Below are positions 61,580 to 64,000 of a stretch of 64,000 nt of DNA, piece after piece (position 1 is the stretch's first letter; each line of letters opens with the position of its first letter). Below the pieces are notes generated by a model. That model saw only the letters and a list, made by a program, of their open reading frames with translations. It did not search any database and had not been told where the DNA came from. The translations under genes were made by a program, and so were the position numbers. Source of the DNA: Rhabdothermincola salaria (GTDB taxonomy: Bacteria > Actinomycetota > Acidimicrobiia > Acidimicrobiales > Acidimicrobilacustridaceae); assembly GCF_021246445.1 (NCBI RefSeq), contig NZ_JAJQXW010000001.1, positions 1,320,168 through 1,384,167 on the forward strand, given 5' to 3'.

Positions 61580-62266
61580 TCACTCGCTGTCGCCCTCGGA
61601 CTCGGACTCGTCCGACGCCTCGGCCCCTTCGGCGCCCTCGGCCTCGTAGCCCGTGCCCTCCTCGTCGAAGGCGGCGTCGCTGGGATCGACGCCGGCATCG
61701 ATGAGGGTGGTGAAGCGGGTGCCCACGCCGACGACGACGGGGGCCTCCGGGTCGAGATCGGTGGAGACGCCCCGGGGCAGCTCCACGTCGGCGACGGTGA
61801 TGACCCCACCGATGGTGAGGTCGGTGACGTCGATCTCGAACTGGGTCGGGATGTCGGCCGGCTTGGCGTTGACCGTGAAGGTCTTGAGGGTCTGGTCGAC
61901 GATGCCGCGACGGTCCTCGACGTCCTTGGCGAAGCCGGTGAGGAGGATGGGCACGTCGACGGAGGTCTCGGCGTCGCGGTCGAGGCGGAGGAAGTCGACG
62001 TGTAGGACGTCGCGCCGCACCGGGTCGCGCTGCATGTCCTTGACCAGGGTGAGCTCGGTCTCGCCGTCGATCTCGAGGTCGATGAGGGCGTTGAGGCCGG
62101 CATCGGTGGTGAGCACCCGGCGCAGCTCGGTCCACTCCACGGCGACGGCGACGGCGTCACGCCCCAGCCCGTAGACGACGCCGGGGACCTTGCCCTCGTT
62201 GCGGAGACGGCCGGACGTGCGCGAGCCGAGCTCGCGACCGGTGGTGGCGGTGAGGGTGAGTTCCAT
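61580..62266 (-). CDS. rplY: 50S ribosomal protein L25/Ctc
   Basis: RLRNEGKVPGVVYG, HVDF, acidic C-terminal tail. Confidence 0.95.
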   Translation of the reverse strand: MELTLTATTGRELGSRTSGRLRNEGKVPGVVYGLGRDAVAVAVEWTELRRVLTTDAGLNALIDLEIDGETELTLVKDMQRDPVRRDVLHVDFLRLDRDAETSVDVPILLTGFAKDVEDRRGIVDQTLKTFTVNAKPADIPTQFEIDVTDLTIGGVITVADVELPRGVSTDLDPEAPVVVGVGTRFTTLIDAGVDPSDAAFDEEGTGYEAEGAEGAEASDESESEGDSE

Positions 62267-62412
62267 GGTCTGTCAGGTGCTCCTGGGGCGGCGGCCGGTG
62301 CGCGCGCCGGCGGGTGGCGGAAGAACGGCAGGCAATCCTACCGGGGGCCGGCCGAACCCGGGAAATCCTCCGGCGACCGTGCCCGCGGGCCGAGGGCGTG
62401 CCGCCCCCGAGG

Positions 62413-63393
62413 TCAGGACTGGTTGGCTCCCCCGAAGATCTCCGAGACGGAGGTGTCCTCGAAGACGGCGTCGATCGCGTCGGCAATCACGCTGGCCACG
62501 GACAGCACCTCGATCTTGTCGAGCTGCTTCTCCGACGGCAGGGGCAGGGTGTTGGTGACGATGACGCGGGTGATCACCGAGTTCTTGAGCCGGTCGATGG
62601 CCGGGCCCGAGAGCACCCCGTGGGTGCAGGCGGCGTGGACCTCGGCGGCACCGTGCTCCATGAGCTGCTCGGCGGCGGCGACGATGGTGCCGCCGGTGTC
62701 GATCATGTCGTCGATGAGCACGCACGTGCGCCCCTGCACCTCGCCCACGACGTCGCGGGCCTCGACCGCGTTCTTCTGTCCCTTCACCCGGCGCTTGTGC
62801 ACGATGGCGAGGTCGGCGTGCAAGGAGTTGGCGTAGCGCTCGGCCACCTTCACCCGGCCGGCGTCCGGCGACACCACCACCAGGTCGTCGCCCAGGCTGC
62901 GCATGTGCTCGACGAGCACGGGCATGGCGGTGAGGTGGTCGACGGGGCCGTCGAAGAAGCCCTGGATCTGCCCCGAGTGCAGGTCGACGCTGATGAGGCG
63001 CTTGGCGCCGGCCGACTTGAACATGTTGGCGACGAGCTTGGCGGTGATCGGCTCTCGTCCCTCGGACTTGCGGTCCTGGCGGCCGTATCCGTAGAAGGGC
63101 GCGACTGCAGTGATCCGCTTGGCCGAGGCCCGCTGGGCGGCATCGACCATGATCAGCTGCTCCATGAGGGCGTCGTTCACCGACATGGTGTCGGTGCCGA
63201 CGTGGCTCTGGATGATGAACACGTCGGTGCCCCGCACGGACTCACCGAAGCGGCAGTGCAGCTCGCCGTTGGCGAAGCGACCCAGGTTGGCGTCACCGAG
63301 CTCCACCCCCAGCTGCTCGGCGATCTCGGTCGCCAGAGGGAGATTCGCCCGCCCCGACACGAGGTGCAGGCGCTTCTTGGTGACCAACTCCAT
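62413..63393 (-). CDS. prs: Ribose-phosphate pyrophosphokinase
   Basis: YGYGRQDRK, DLHSGQIQGFF, VSPDAG, IDDMIDTGGT. Confidence 0.97.
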   Translation of the reverse strand: MELVTKKRLHLVSGRANLPLATEIAEQLGVELGDANLGRFANGELHCRFGESVRGTDVFIIQSHVGTDTMSVNDALMEQLIMVDAAQRASAKRITAVAPFYGYGRQDRKSEGREPITAKLVANMFKSAGAKRLISVDLHSGQIQGFFDGPVDHLTAMPVLVEHMRSLGDDLVVVSPDAGRVKVAERYANSLHADLAIVHKRRVKGQKNAVEARDVVGEVQGRTCVLIDDMIDTGGTIVAAAEQLMEHGAAEVHAACTHGVLSGPAIDRLKNSVITRVIVTNTLPLPSEKQLDKIEVLSVASVIADAIDAVFEDTSVSEIFGGANQS

Positions 63394-63429
63394 GTGCTTC
63401 CCCTGGGGTGGGTGGCGGATGCCCCGGCG

Positions 63430-64000
63430 CTACTGGGCCGGGTCGGCGAGAGTCGCAGTGTAGAACGGCCCCGTGCGCACGCCGTCGGGCACCCGGCTGC
63501 CCGCATCCAGGGCGGCGAAGGGACCGACCACGGTGCCCTCACCGATCTCGGCGTCTCGCCCGACGGTGTGCTCGACCACCGAGGCGGCGCCCACGACGCA
63601 GTCGACGAGGCGGGTGTCGGGGCCGATCTCGGCCCCCGAGCCGATGACGCACCGTCCTTGCAGCATGGTGCCGGGGAACAAGGTGACGTCGGTGGCCAGC
63701 TCGACGGTGGCGTCGACGTAGGTGCGCTCGGGATCGAGCATGGTGACCCCCTTGCGCAGCCAGGCCTCGTTGGTGCGCCGGCGCAGCTCGGCCTCGGCCG
63801 TCGAGAGCTGGACGCGGTCGTTCACCCCCTGGGTGTCGGCTGCGTCGTCGGCCGCGACGGCGGCGACCTGGTAGCCGGCGGCGGCGAGGACCCCGACCAC
63901 GTCGGTGAGGTAGTACTCGCCCTGGACGTTCTCGGGGCTGAGCCGGCGCAGGGCCGGGGCCAACAGGCTGGCCCGGAAGCAATAGATCGAGGTGTTGACC
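63430..64000 (-). CDS. glmU: GlmU-like protein, 3' part (5' end outside window), C-terminally short
   Basis: VNTSIYCF, NVQGEYYLTD, GVNDRVQL, GVTMLDP, hexapeptide repeats; upstream of prs. Confidence 0.88.
   Translation of the reverse strand, partial: VNTSIYCFRASLLAPALRRLSPENVQGEYYLTDVVGVLAAAGYQVAAVAADDAADTQGVNDRVQLSTAEAELRRRTNEAWLRKGVTMLDPERTYVDATVELATDVTLFPGTMLQGRCVIGSGAEIGPDTRLVDCVVGAASVVEHTVGRDAEIGEGTVVGPFAALDAGSRVPDGVRTGPFYTATLADPAQ

Noticed and set aside
62267..62412. Riboswitch or L25 leader upstream of rplY
   Set aside because: Only a TAGGAT -10-like box and an SD are visible; no recognisable structure

Overview
High-GC chromosomal window, most consistent with an actinobacterium (Acidimicrobiia-like gene content; inference). 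It holds about 70 genes and one tRNA-Leu(UAA); I saw no CRISPR array, transposase or integrase. From left to right: a VapBC-type toxin-antitoxin pair; a split, convergent SUF Fe-S locus with two sufC paralogues, a 4-Cys orphan gene, a probable CTG-initiated sufD and a thrice-repeated dyad motif; a thioredoxin-fusion gene coupled to a UGSC-motif gene whose in-frame TGA is followed by a SECIS-like hairpin (likely selenoprotein); late ethylmalonyl-CoA pathway genes sharing an upstream motif, next to a minimal eutBC; fumC and assorted oxidoreductases; a PAS/GAF SpoIIE phosphatase; a form II CoxL-like molybdoenzyme cluster sitting inside the usual eno-ftsB-DUF501-ppx gene string; and glmU(truncated)-prs-rplY-pth-mfd-PPIase-mazG-eno. 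All calls come from motifs and recalled family features; no searches were run.
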